Below are positions 1-10,444 of a DNA stretch of 64,000 nucleotides, piece after piece. Origin of the DNA: an uncultured Methanoregulaceae archaeon (GTDB lineage: Archaea; Halobacteriota; Methanomicrobia; Methanomicrobiales; Methanospirillaceae); contig OY969564.1 of the NCBI GenBank assembly GCA_963701095.1, positions 576,001 through 640,000 of the forward strand. Reading direction: 5' to 3'. Numbering within the stretch: position 1 is the first letter of the stretch; each line of letters starts with the position of its first letter. The translations under genes were made by a program, and so were the position numbers. Under the pieces are notes generated by a model, which saw only the letters and a program-made list of their open reading frames with translations, had not been told where the DNA came from and made no database searches.

Positions 1-2
1 AG

Positions 3-833
3 GTGATAACTTCGTTTCGTCCCATCACTTTTCTTGTCCTCCCGGTTGCCGGGAATTATGCACAGGTAACCCAGCTCCTTCCTCCCGGTGCTGAACCTCA
101 TGAATATGATCCAACACCAGCAGATGCAATGACTCTCGCGAAAGGGAAAATTTTGTTTTATGACGGTCCTTTTATGGAACCGTGGGTGGAAAACCTTGCA
201 GATTCAGCCAATCCGGATATTGTCAAGGCACCTTTCATCGATTCAATTCCTCCCGATGTTCTTGCCCAGATGAAAAACGCAGATCCGGCCTTCCCTGATA
301 CAAACCAGGACCCTCATCTCTGGCTGTCACCGCCACTCACTGAGTATTATGTCAGTTACATCACCACGCAGCTATCAAATGCAGACCCGGCCAATGCATC
401 TGGATATCAGCATAACGCAGATGTTTTTGAAGGGCGCCTTAAAAGCCTCGATCACGATTATGCGATTGGTCTTTCCAATTGTTCAACAAGGACGTTTTTG
501 ACATCCCATGCATTCCTGGATTACCAGGCCGCCGCTTACAACCTTACGGCACTTTCAATTACAGGTCTCAGCCCGGATGCTGAACCGTCAGTTCAGCAGA
601 TGGCAAGGATACTCAATGAATCAAAAATGGATAATGTGGAGGGGATCCTTGCAGAGACAGATGAAGTCCAGGCGCTGAGCCAGTCTGTTGCTACGGAGCT
701 AAATCTTCCTTTATATCCTTACTCTACGATGGAAATACTACCGGCCGGGCCGGTAAATGCAAGCGATAACGATTATATTGATATCATGGAAAATAACCTC
801 CAGCAGATGAGGATGGCTCTTGGATGTCGGTAA
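3..833 (+). CDS. znuA: Zn/Mn ABC transporter substrate-binding protein (5' end outside window)
   Basis: EPHEYDPTP, DPHLWLSP and SHAFLDY metal-binding motifs of the ZnuA/TroA family; first gene of an ABC operon. Confidence 0.9.
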   Translation: MITSFRPITFLVLPVAGNYAQVTQLLPPGAEPHEYDPTPADAMTLAKGKILFYDGPFMEPWVENLADSANPDIVKAPFIDSIPPDVLAQMKNADPAFPDTNQDPHLWLSPPLTEYYVSYITTQLSNADPANASGYQHNADVFEGRLKSLDHDYAIGLSNCSTRTFLTSHAFLDYQAAAYNLTALSITGLSPDAEPSVQQMARILNESKMDNVEGILAETDEVQALSQSVATELNLPLYPYSTMEILPAGPVNASDNDYIDIMENNLQQMRMALGCR

Positions 834-1585
834 CCATTCCCCATGATCACCCGGTATGCCTGAAGGCAAATAAGGTCAGTTTTTCGTACGGCAGCGAACG
901 AGTGCTTGAAGACATATCGCTTAGCATCGGGCAGGAAGAATTCGTAGGGATCGCCGGACTGAACGGTTCGGGAAAAACAACTCTTTTAAAAATCCTTGTC
1001 GGTCTTCTCAAACCTGACACGGGAATGGTAGAATTCACCTGCCACAAAGGGGACTGCGAAGGTATGTTTCCCTGCAGGCCCTGTATCGGGTATGTTCCCC
1101 AGCTTGCAGTACTTCGACAGCAACAGTTCCCGGTGACCGTCCGCGAGGTAGTCGCGATGGGTACTTACGGTCAGTCCGGCCTTTTTTCACGACCGACAAA
1201 AAACGACAACAAGATAGTTGAAACAACAATTGATGAAGCAGGGCTCCGACGGGTCTCAGGGGAACTTTTTTGTGATCTTTCGGGAGGACAGCAGCAGCGG
1301 GTGCTCATCGCCCGGGCCCTTGTCGGCAACCCTCATATCCTTGCCCTTGACGAACCAACGAATGGCGTCGATGCCAAAAGCAAGGAGGATTTCTATTCCC
1401 TGCTTGCCCACCTTCATATTACCCACAAGCTTACTGTTCTCCTCATTCTCCACGATCTCACGGAGCTGAGCCGGACCATGGAAAGGATAGTGTTCCTGCA
1501 CCACCGAATCCTTTTTGATGGCCCAACAGCCGCAATCGGGGAAAAAGGGCTCTGGGATCTCATGATCCGGGCTGGGAATCAATGA
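824..1585 (+). CDS. znuC: Zn/Mn ABC transporter ATP-binding protein
   Basis: Walker A GLNGSGKTT, signature LSGGQQQR, Walker B LALDEP; overlaps znuA. Confidence 0.9.
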   Translation: MSVTIPHDHPVCLKANKVSFSYGSERVLEDISLSIGQEEFVGIAGLNGSGKTTLLKILVGLLKPDTGMVEFTCHKGDCEGMFPCRPCIGYVPQLAVLRQQQFPVTVREVVAMGTYGQSGLFSRPTKNDNKIVETTIDEAGLRRVSGELFCDLSGGQQQRVLIARALVGNPHILALDEPTNGVDAKSKEDFYSLLAHLHITHKLTVLLILHDLTELSRTMERIVFLHHRILFDGPTAAIGEKGLWDLMIRAGNQ

Positions 1586-1591
1586 GATGAT

Positions 1592-2496
1592 TTGGATATG
1601 GTACTTGAATTCCTGATGTATAAGTTCGGTATCCGGGCTCTTATTGGAGGGCTGATCGTTGCCGTCACCTGCGCAAGTCTCGGAGTATTTATTGTACTGC
1701 GCCGGCTGTCCCTTATTGCAGATGGCCTTGGCCACGTCGCTTTCGGTGGTATTGCCCTTGGATTCTGGACAGGGATATATCCCCTCTATACGGCTGTTGC
1801 CTCAGTCATTGCCGGATCGCTTGGAATCCATGCACTTGGCCGGCTCCGGGTCGCCTCAGATGCAGCGATAGCTATTATGTTCTCTGCCGGCCTCGCAATC
1901 GGCGTTGTCCTTATTAGTTTAGCACAGTCTGCACCTGCCGATCTCCTCTCATACCTGTTTGGGACTATCCTTGGAATCAATGACAATGATGTCATTCTTG
2001 CAGCCTGTCTTGGGATCATTGTGCTTGTGCTCCTTTCCCTTTTGTGGAAGGAATGGATCGCTATAACCCTTGACCCGGATTTTGCCCGGTCGCCGGGATG
2101 CCCGTATCCATTCTTGAAATACTCTTTACGATCCTTGTCGGACTGACTGTTGTCGTCACTACACGTCTTGTCGGTGTGCTCCTTGTGTCAAGCTTGATGG
2201 TCATACCGGCAATAGCAGCAATCCAGCTCCGGCTCCCTTTCCGCAGGACCGTATTTGCAGCGCTGTGTATGGCAATTATTTCAGTCATTGTTGGGCTCCA
2301 GCTCTCCTTTTCGTATAACCTTGCGTCTGGAGGGGCAATCGTTCTTGTCACCATTGTTTTCTTTATCCTAACAACACTTGTATCCCGGCTTTTACCCCGT
2401 ATCAAACGGGAACTCCCGGTTGAACCCTGGGAACACCAGTGCCTGGTACCTCTGTATGAGCCCGCTGATAAGAAAAACGGTGAAAATAAGATATAA
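1592..2496 (+). CDS. znuB: Zn/Mn ABC transporter permease (ABC-3), split by a 1-nt deletion near 2090
   Basis: ADGLGHVAFGG and LLSYLFGTIL in the first frame, VGVLLVSSLMVIPA in the second; adding one G after CCGG restores FARVAGMPV. Confidence 0.88.
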
Positions 2497-2561
2497 CCGG
2501 CTTTATCGCATTTTTTTTCCTAATTGAAAACTCCTGATTTTAACAGATCATAAAGAAGTCG

Positions 2562-3715
2562 TCAAAAAAAAGACCGTATCCCGGAAAGAAGCAGTGGTGA
2601 AAAGAAGTGGAGGAGCGAGGGGTTTCTCATGAGCACCCCGGCAATTTTTGCAGGCCGGTCCATATCCCCGTAGCGGATAATTGCTTTAATAGTTGCCGGG
2701 TTGTTCATTACCTGTATCATCTCGTCGATAGTCTTCACAGAAAGATGCTGACGCATCAGGAAGAGCCGGTACCCCAACGCAAGTTCCCGACCCATGTCGG
2801 CCTGCCAACGTTTCTCGTATTCAGCAAGGGCAGTGTCAGAAAAATCATCCTGTTCACAACATTCCACTGCCACCGCAGCAGCGTGGCGGGCTGAACGAAC
2901 CCCCGTATACACACCGCCTCCCGATGTGGGTTTAGCAAACCCGGCTGCATCCCCGACAAAGAGAGTCCGTAAACCATACGTCCGGGGCATAATGCCAAGC
3001 GGGATAGTTCCGGTGACACAATGCAGGTCAGAGCGAAGACCGATTCTTTTTATAAAGACGGAAAAAAGGTGACGGGCATTCGTTTTTCCACAGAGTCCCA
3101 CTCTCACCCGGCCGTTCCCGGAGGGAATTACCCAGCCGAAAAATTCCGGTGCAGCATCAGGGTACAGCTCAACAAGACCCGGATCGCTGTTGTACATACC
3201 CTCAGACTGGATACCGGCAAGATAAACCGGCGATCGCTCCATACCATGAAAACGGGCGATAGTACTCCGGGGACCGTCTGCAGCAATCAGGATCTTAAAC
3301 GGGATCTCGCACTTTCCGTCAATTCCCCGAGTAAGGACGTGGTTATTTTTCACACCACAGACAACATTCTTTAGCATAAACTCTGCTCCTGCATCCGCTG
3401 CCGCCATCGCCATTTCACGGTCAAGCATTGCCCTGTCAACAACACAGGCTTTAGGCGTTTTTGCATCAATAACAAGTGCAGATCCAAAAGAGGGTACAAT
3501 GCGGGCCCCGGAAACGATATTCAGTATAGGTTTCCGGGAAACTGCGCATTCCTCGAATGCAGCAAGAGACAAAAGACCGGCACATTGTACGGGGTAACCG
3601 ATACTTCCCTGCTCTTCAATACAAAGAACAGAGAGTCCGCGTCGAGCGCAGACATGTGCAGCTGCGCTGCCGGCAGCCCGGCACCGGCGACAACAACATC
3701 ATAGGCCGGGGGCAT
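2562..3715 (-). CDS. Geranylgeranyl reductase family FAD-dependent oxidoreductase, 1-nt deletion near 3677
   Basis: N-terminal YDVVVAGAG Rossmann motif in ORF 3521-3715; IAADGPRS, FGWVIP and VGDAAGFAKPTSGGG in ORF 2562-3572; the sequence between reads AGSAAAHVCARRG..PVQCAG. Confidence 0.85.
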
Positions 3716-3730
3716 AAAAAGAATCCTTAC

Positions 3731-4330
3731 TTATTTTGACTCTTTTCCGTCGTTATGATCGGCGGAATTTATCTGGATCTGGCAGGTTCTGATGATAAAT
3801 GTTCGGGGCGTTACAGGAAGGATTTCTCCCTCCTTTATCGATAACCCCATGAGGATCGCAAAAAGCCCAAGCACAAGCGAGATCGTCCCTACTAAAGTCA
3901 TAATAAAGAAAGATCGCATAACAGGTACATAGGTAATGAAAATAAGAAACAGGATAATGCTACTTGCAATAACCACAATGACCATAAGATACTTTGATTG
4001 TGGCCTCGTTAATGCATACGATATTCCGGTATAGCCAGCATAAAGAGCAAGGAAACCAACAACAAGGATAAAAATCAAAGACATGGTTTCGGGAAACAAA
4101 AGCTCAACAAGACCGACGACCAGAAGGGCTGCAGAACAGAGGAACCAGAAAATGGATTCATCCGCATGAGCAGTGATAGCTACTAATATGCAAAGGATAA
4201 ATGCACCTATAAGAAGAATCCAGAATACGCCGGTAAAGAAAGCAAGAACTTGCGCCGGCACAACAAGTGCGAGACCCCCGAAGATCACGCCTGTCAACCC
4301 TTTTAAAAGGTGAGACAGTTTAGCATCCAT
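3731..4330 (-). CDS. Multi-pass membrane protein, HdeD/DUF308-like
   Basis: About 6 hydrophobic segments with a GxxxxxFGxxALxxP pattern. Confidence 0.6.
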   Translation of the reverse strand: MDAKLSHLLKGLTGVIFGGLALVVPAQVLAFFTGVFWILLIGAFILCILVAITAHADESIFWFLCSAALLVVGLVELLFPETMSLIFILVVGFLALYAGYTGISYALTRPQSKYLMVIVVIASSIILFLIFITYVPVMRSFFIMTLVGTISLVLGLFAILMGLSIKEGEILPVTPRTFIIRTCQIQINSADHNDGKESK

Positions 4331-4680
4331 AGGAATACGTCGATGTGATCGCGTTAATAGTTTCTTATACTAATGCAAGGGCCGGTCCGGATCTTGTGCT
4401 CTGATAAGAATTTATAATTGTTAGGGATTCCTTAAAATAAGCTTTGACTGAAGCATTTAAAAAAAACGAAGCAGCGACAAGCGCCCAACTGGCAGCCACT
4501 CTTGTTGCGTTTGTGATTGCTCCAAACTTTGCGTAAATTTATTCACCGTGTCCTCTCTTTCTGGATGTTTTGATCAGGATTTGAGGTCAACGGATTGGAC
4601 GCGTTCCTAATCGCATACCATTTACATTTCCGTATTCTGACAAAATGCTTGCCAGTACTCCCGGAAAAAGCAGGCGCATT

Positions 4681-4905
4681 TTAAAGTCGCCCGAAGCCGA
4701 AAAAATCTATTCCCAACAGTTTTTCCATAACATAAAGTATAGCAAAGAAGAACACCGCGTAGAGAATAAAATTGACCACAAAATTTACCCAACCGGTCAC
4801 ACCGGAATTATTCATAATCATATTAGAGAGCGCATTTGCGATGACAATTGCACAAAGAATTCCAAGGAAAAAAATAATCCATTTTTTGACTTCGACAAAA
4901 TCCAT
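4681..4905 (-). CDS. Small 2-TM membrane protein
   Basis: 74 aa, ATG start, two hydrophobic helices. Confidence 0.6.
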   Translation of the reverse strand: MDFVEVKKWIIFFLGILCAIVIANALSNMIMNNSGVTGWVNFVVNFILYAVFFFAILYVMEKLLGIDFFGFGRL

Positions 4906-5085
4906 ACAGATTATTGGCGCCTACACCTATTAAAACTCTCAAAAGAGTGACAGTATATATTTTTTGTTGGTTCATGCACACTGCTCCTCACTAGTTATGC
5001 AATCGGTTCTCTTGCGTACGGAAGGAAAGTATTTGACTATCCGCTTCCAATCTCACAGACGGTATATTAAGAAAGGAATTTTCCT

Positions 5086-5433
5086 ATGCCAAAATCCAAC
5101 AGCCGCCAACTGTTACGTGAAATTCTCGCGGAGATGGTCCGGATCTCGCAATTAACTTCGGGACGCCAGTACGAGAATTTTTACCGTGATGAAAAAGATT
5201 ATGCAAGCCTTGCTGGCAGCCTCAGAATAATTAGTGAACGTGTGCGTCATGTCCCGACCATTATTCGCGTAAAATACGCACTTGTACCATGGAATGAACT
5301 TTCGGAATTAGAAGAGAAGATTTCCGGAACGGACCCGGTTAACCGGCCCAGGATTCTCTGGAAAATCGCCACCGAGACGCTGCCGCGTATCAGGCCAGTA
5401 CTCGAAAACCTGGAAAAGGAAATGGAAGTATAA
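5086..5433 (+). CDS. DUF86/HepT-like HEPN domain protein, catalytic motif degenerate
   Basis: LRIISERVRHVP..KYALVPW..ILWKIATETLPRI matches the DUF86 scaffold; no RxxxxH motif. Confidence 0.65.
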   Translation: MPKSNSRQLLREILAEMVRISQLTSGRQYENFYRDEKDYASLAGSLRIISERVRHVPTIIRVKYALVPWNELSELEEKISGTDPVNRPRILWKIATETLPRIRPVLENLEKEMEV

Positions 5434-5527
5434 AACTGCCGGGTATTTTTCAACAGCGACCCGGATTCACCGGGTATCTCTTCCATTTATCCCTCGTCGT
5501 AAGTAAGACGTTACCTGCCCCCGGCCA

Positions 5528-6097
5528 ATGCTTATTGCATATAATGGACTCTTTATTGATATGGACGATGAAGATAACGGCCATCCGGTCGAACCAGAAG
5601 ATCAGTCTTTGCCGGATCCAGCCCTCGATCTACCGGCTCCTCCTATGAGCCCGTGGTTTTGGGCAGTAATCGCCCTTATCGGATTTCTTATCATTCTTAT
5701 CATATACGGTCAGGTCCAGGGAATCACTCATCCGGTTACCGTCAACCTGACCGGGACCAGCTGGACGCTTGTGTCCTATGCCTCAACTCGAGGGATTATG
5801 CTCCCGGTTACGACAATAATAAATCTCTCATTTAGCGCCGAGAACAGGACCGCTTTTGGCGTATTTAATTCCTGTACCCGGTACGCATACACCTATTCCC
5901 TGTATAATTCCACGCTCATTTTTTCCAATGGGACAACAACGCGTAGTTCCTGTGCAAATTTCAGTGATGAACATTCAGAATCCGCATATCTGCAGGATCT
6001 CGGAAATACGACCATCGAGCGATTCCGGTCCGGGCATCTTACATTTTATAGTGCAGGAAATAAACCGCTGCTCACCTTTGGCCAGTCTGATAGCTGA
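5528..6097 (+). CDS. Membrane-anchored META (HslJ-like) domain protein
   Basis: One TM helix, then LTGTSWTLVSY...SCTRY...TTRSSC...ESAYLQDL (Cys-pair META pattern). Confidence 0.7.
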   Translation: MLIAYNGLFIDMDDEDNGHPVEPEDQSLPDPALDLPAPPMSPWFWAVIALIGFLIILIIYGQVQGITHPVTVNLTGTSWTLVSYASTRGIMLPVTTIINLSFSAENRTAFGVFNSCTRYAYTYSLYNSTLIFSNGTTTRSSCANFSDEHSESAYLQDLGNTTIERFRSGHLTFYSAGNKPLLTFGQSDS

Positions 6098-6226
6098 ATT
6101 TTTTCCTGCTCCTGCTCCTGCTCCTTTTCAAACAATCCACTGTCAAAACATAGGAGAATGGTATTGATATACGAACATTAAAAAAAGGCAGGTGCAAGAA
6201 GTTATAATCGGGAGTGAAATACGAAC

Positions 6227-7534
6227 ATGGAAGCAAAGAGCGAACGAAAAGACGGCGTACTTATCTTTTTTATCAACGGACGGCTGGATGCATTCGGTGC
6301 TCAGCAGCTGGATGAGTGGATAAAAGGAACCCTCCAAGATGACGATAAAGAACTTGTAATCGATTTATCCGGATCTACGTATCTTTCAAGCGGCGGGCTG
6401 CGAACTTTTAGTATGCTTAAAAAAGAGATGAAACGCCGGAACGGGCGCTTTGCACTTGCAAATGTGGGAGAATATCCAAAAAAAGTGCTTGATATGGCCG
6501 GGTTCTCCACGATTCTTGAGATCTTTCCAACAACTGAGACCGCAGTAGAAGATATGAGAAAAAAGAGAAAAAACCCGACCCTTTTTAACGAAATCTTTTA
6601 CAAGAAGATTGAAGAAGAAGGGGTCTCTCTTATTATTGAACCTGGCTGGATGATCAGCCCGCCAACGCTCCGGATTACGGGAGATCTTACAAAAGTCTTG
6701 CATGCCCGGCTTACCGAAGCAGACATAAGGGAAAAGCAGTTTTCCGAGATTACGTACTCACTTGGTCTCGGTGCACTTGGAGCCAATAAAAAAGAGGCCA
6801 TGCCTCTGCTCGGTGAAATGATTACCCTGTACGGCTCTATGGTCTGGCTACCTACAGACGGTAATAACACCCCGGACTTTCTTACACCAATGGATACCAA
6901 AGGAGATGTCCCGGTGTACACAGGGTATAATGTAACGCTTGACGGCCCGTTCAACGAGTACCTTACCCTTGACACTGTGGATCCCAATGGCGTCAGTTTG
7001 GGTGACATTTATCGAACTATCTTTTCCAGTGCCAGGAACAGGGTTAAAATCTATAAAGGAGTCGTCGCGGTTTCCATCTGGGGTGTGATTGCCGGTGTTG
7101 CAAGTTCGGGAATTAAAAAAGCGCCTGTTGCCCAATCGTCACTTCCCGCAAAAACAACGATTATGGACCCGGCGTACTCGGCACAGTGGATGGCTTCTGA
7201 TACTAGTATGTCCTATAAAGGAGACACACTGGTTAGTTTTGGTTTTGGGATTGACTGCGAATATACCACAGCAGGCTTCAAACAGGAGCATCTCGATTCC
7301 CTGTTCTACACAAATCCTGCAAACAAATCCTCCTCAAAGATGATGTACCTTCACAACCACGGTGTAATCTTCCGTGGTGTCCCCTACGACGCATCGCTTG
7401 ATTTAAACACCCAGGTAAAAAAGATCATCAACGAAGCCACCTTTGTGGATATGCGCCATCTCCTGGACAGCACCCGGCTTCGCCGTGCAAAGATCGGCGT
7501 TGCTTATGTCCAGGATATCGTCCGGGAACCCTGA
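6227..7534 (+). CDS. STAS (anti-anti-sigma type) domain fused to an ~320-aa acetolactate-decarboxylase-like domain
   Basis: N-terminal GRLDA...IDLSGSTYLSSGGLR STAS motif; C-terminal LGLGALG..GEMITLYG..TDG, HNH and RHLLD. Confidence 0.8.
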   Translation: MEAKSERKDGVLIFFINGRLDAFGAQQLDEWIKGTLQDDDKELVIDLSGSTYLSSGGLRTFSMLKKEMKRRNGRFALANVGEYPKKVLDMAGFSTILEIFPTTETAVEDMRKKRKNPTLFNEIFYKKIEEEGVSLIIEPGWMISPPTLRITGDLTKVLHARLTEADIREKQFSEITYSLGLGALGANKKEAMPLLGEMITLYGSMVWLPTDGNNTPDFLTPMDTKGDVPVYTGYNVTLDGPFNEYLTLDTVDPNGVSLGDIYRTIFSSARNRVKIYKGVVAVSIWGVIAGVASSGIKKAPVAQSSLPAKTTIMDPAYSAQWMASDTSMSYKGDTLVSFGFGIDCEYTTAGFKQEHLDSLFYTNPANKSSSKMMYLHNHGVIFRGVPYDASLDLNTQVKKIINEATFVDMRHLLDSTRLRRAKIGVAYVQDIVREP

Positions 7535-7543
7535 AAATAGTGA

Positions 7544-7978
7544 TCAAGAAACCGCATCTTTTTGCTTTTTTTTCGTGAAGATCAGGATATTCTTTTCGTC
7601 TTCATACCGGTACGTGACGGTATCAGTAACCTGACGGACCAGATAGATACCAAGGCCCCCGGTTTTGCGTTCTGCAATTGAAGAGGTAATGTCTGGATCG
7701 GGTACGGTTAAAGGGTTAAATGGCGGGGCTTCGTCAACAATCTCTACGGTCAGGAGATCCGTATCTGCTATGCTATGAATGCTGATCAAACCTGGACTAC
7801 CACAAAAACCATGTCGGATGATATTAGTAATGATCTCTTCAACGGCGAGCTGGATATCAAGAACTGCCTGATCGCAAAAACCGGCTAGTTGCATGAACTG
7901 TTCAATCTCATGTGCAACAGCAGGCATCGCATCGAACCGGGCAGGAATTACCATGTCTGCAGTAGCTGCCAGGATCAC
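7544..7978 (-). CDS. RsbW/SpoIIAB-like anti-sigma Ser/Thr kinase (HATPase_c_2)
   Basis: N-box LAVEEIITNIIRHG, IVDEAPPFNP and G-box GGLGIYLV; start is GTG 7978 after GGAGG or ATG 7954. Confidence 0.88.
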   Translation of the reverse strand: MILAATADMVIPARFDAMPAVAHEIEQFMQLAGFCDQAVLDIQLAVEEIITNIIRHGFCGSPGLISIHSIADTDLLTVEIVDEAPPFNPLTVPDPDITSSIAERKTGGLGIYLVRQVTDTVTYRYEDEKNILIFTKKKQKDAVS

Positions 7979-8175
7979 ACCTCCTCCAGATATGCTCGGT
8001 ACCTCATTCCTCTGGCTGCTGGCATAAGCTATCCCTGATATGATATACAAACATCTACCATAAAAAGACGGCTTAACGACAGAATGGATTCTACGAAAAA
8101 GGGAAAGATTATCTCTGTACAGAAAGGATAGCTTTAGAAGACGCCCAAACAGCGCCTGTCTGGGAGGAATGACTC

Positions 8176-8532
8176 GTGGATATAACAACTACTACCCATG
8201 ATACTGCAGCCATTCTTACCGTGAAAGGTCGTGTGGATGCTTTAACTGCCGGTGACCTCGAAAGTGCTATTAATACTATCATTGACAAGGGCGACCGGTG
8301 TATTATTCTTGATTTTTCCGGACTTACCTATATTTCAAGCGGCGGCCTTCGCGTCCTTTTGGCTACAGCAAAAAAACTTCAGAACAATGGTGACCGTTTT
8401 ATGCTCTGCGGCCTCTCTATCGATGTGCAAAAGGTCATGAATCTTGCCGGTTTTACAGCAATCTTCTCTATCTATTCCTCAGCATCCGAAGCTCTAGACG
8501 CAGTAAAAAAACCAGTAAAACCCCATTCCTGA
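8176..8532 (+). CDS. STAS domain anti-anti-sigma factor (RsbV/SpoIIAA-like)
   Basis: KGRVDA, LDFSGLTYISSGGLRVLL; GGGAGG upstream of the GTG start. Confidence 0.9.
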   Translation: MDITTTTHDTAAILTVKGRVDALTAGDLESAINTIIDKGDRCIILDFSGLTYISSGGLRVLLATAKKLQNNGDRFMLCGLSIDVQKVMNLAGFTAIFSIYSSASEALDAVKKPVKPHS

Positions 8533-8564
8533 GCCCTGTTTTCACAAACCGCCAGTAAATGTTT

Positions 8565-9326
8565 TTACTTTTCTTTTTCTGATTTTCCTATTGTGGCAAG
8601 ATAGATCAGGAAATGGTTAACACCGTCAATCCCAAGGATGGATGCCATGATGTCGTCATCGAACGCTGCAACAGCACACACGCCACATCCGATAGCCTCA
8701 GCTGCCAGGTACAGGTTCTGGCAGACATGACCTGCATCGAGGTGAAGGTCCCGGAATCCACGTTCCCCATACCGCCATGTCATCCGGTAGGGAATTGCCG
8801 TCCAGAGAAATGCAACACCGCACCGCATGATAAAATCCTGGTCAAAACATGCATGGGTAATATCGATATGCAGGGATGGATCATCGGAAATACGCTGGAG
8901 GCTATGGGAAAGTGCAAGGAACCGGTATAATCCCGGTACCAATCCGTGGACGTCATTTACAAGAAGATAGGTCTCAAACGCATGGCGCGACCCTGCCGAA
9001 GGAACTGTCCTGAATGTAACCTGGGTTCCATGCACTTTTTTGACACCTTGAGTGCACCAGAGAAGAAAGGAAAGTTCAACAAGGGAAAGCGGCATCCTTT
9101 CGTAGGATCTCACACTACGCCGCCGTTCAATGGCCATGCGCAGATCTATGGGAGGAATTACAAGATCTGTGGGTTTTGGGAGATCGATTACCGGCTTCCC
9201 GGGGTTTTTTGGTAGTTCGAGAGGGGGTTGGGGAAGACCTTTTTCTTGGTCAGAACGATCAAGGAAACGATATTTAGTCCTCTCCATGAATTCTTGGCCA
9301 GCACTTGGAAAAGAATGTTCTGTCAT
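8565..9326 (-). CDS. SagB/ThcOx family nitroreductase-like dehydrogenase
   Basis: RRRSVRSY, RTVPSAGSRH, WRYGERG, LDAGHVCQNLYL. Confidence 0.9.
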   Translation of the reverse strand: MTEHSFPSAGQEFMERTKYRFLDRSDQEKGLPQPPLELPKNPGKPVIDLPKPTDLVIPPIDLRMAIERRRSVRSYERMPLSLVELSFLLWCTQGVKKVHGTQVTFRTVPSAGSRHAFETYLLVNDVHGLVPGLYRFLALSHSLQRISDDPSLHIDITHACFDQDFIMRCGVAFLWTAIPYRMTWRYGERGFRDLHLDAGHVCQNLYLAAEAIGCGVCAVAAFDDDIMASILGIDGVNHFLIYLATIGKSEKEK

Positions 9327-9467
9327 ACGGTAACGATCTACGGCCGATTCCTGATAGTCCTTGTGCCTGCTGGTATGACTCAAGTTAAGTACCAAAAGTT
9401 TACCTGCATTCAGGGTAATGGATATCAGGCCAAAAAGAAAAACATTGTTTTTAAAAAAGGATAACAG

Positions 9468-10284
9468 ATGTCAGGAAATTGCATACACAGGCCAATATGC
9501 GAACCACCGCTCATTGAATTTGAAAATGTCACTATAGTCCGGGGTGAGTGCCGTGTACTCGATGCTGTCACCCTCTCCCTGCGAGAAAGAGAAAACATTG
9601 CCATTCTTGGACCTAACGGTGCAGGAAAATCCTCACTGGTAAAAGCCATTACCCGGGAGTATTATCCGTTGATAACAGATAGGTCTGTGAAATTCCAGTT
9701 CCGGGGAAATGATACCTGGGATATCTTCGAGCTGCGGTCGTTTATTGGTATTGTATCAAACGATCTCCAGTTCACCTTCACCCGAACTATAACCGGCCAC
9801 GAAGTGGTACTTTCCGGGTTTTTCTCAAGTATCGGTCTCTTTAATCGGGACATCTCCCCTGCCATGGAAGAAAAAGCAAAAGAGATTGAACAGTTGCTTG
9901 GGATTAGTCAGCTTCAGCTGTCGTCCTATGACCTCTTTATCGTCCGGAGAAGCCCGGAGGTTCCTGATAGGAAGAGCGCTTGTTCCTGGCCCGGCAACCC
10001 TGCTCCTTGACGAACCCACAAGCAACCTCGACCTTTCTGCCCTGCACATGTTTCGCAATATGTTAAGAAAAATAGCACAGGCAGGGACAGGTATTGTCCT
10101 GGTGACACACAACCTCCACGATATCATTCCGGAGATTACCCGGATCATTATGATGAAAGACGGGAGAATTGTTGGCGACGGTGAAAAAACGCTCATGCTC
10201 ACGAATGAGAAGGTAGAAAGCCTTTTCTCGGTACCTGTTTCTATCCAGGAAGAACACGGTTGGTATTATGCAACGGGATACTAA
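9468..10284 (+). CDS. ABC ATP-binding protein (ModF-like), 1-nt insertion near 9914
   Basis: GPNGAGKS in frame 1; LSSGEARR, LLLDEPT and VTHNLHD in frame 2. Confidence 0.82.
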
Positions 10285-10444
10285 ATCGTTCGTTTTTATA
10301 AATTTTTCATTTATTTTATTTATTAAGATCGTGTGCTCAAGAGAAGCATTCTTATCATAAATCTGAATTGTTAATTATGCGATGACCGGTATATCCGGGA
10401 AAGAGACCTTGCAATCTCCTCCCGCTCCGGCCGTGAGGTAGACC

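Noticed and set aside
6104..6124. Short tandem repeat (CCTGCT)x3
   Set aside because: Too short and intergenic; no spacers or array structure, so not CRISPR-like.
8565..9326. RiPP (TOMM) biosynthetic cluster around the SagB-like gene
   Set aside because: No YcaO, E1-like protein or precursor peptide nearby; stand-alone SagB-like genes are common.
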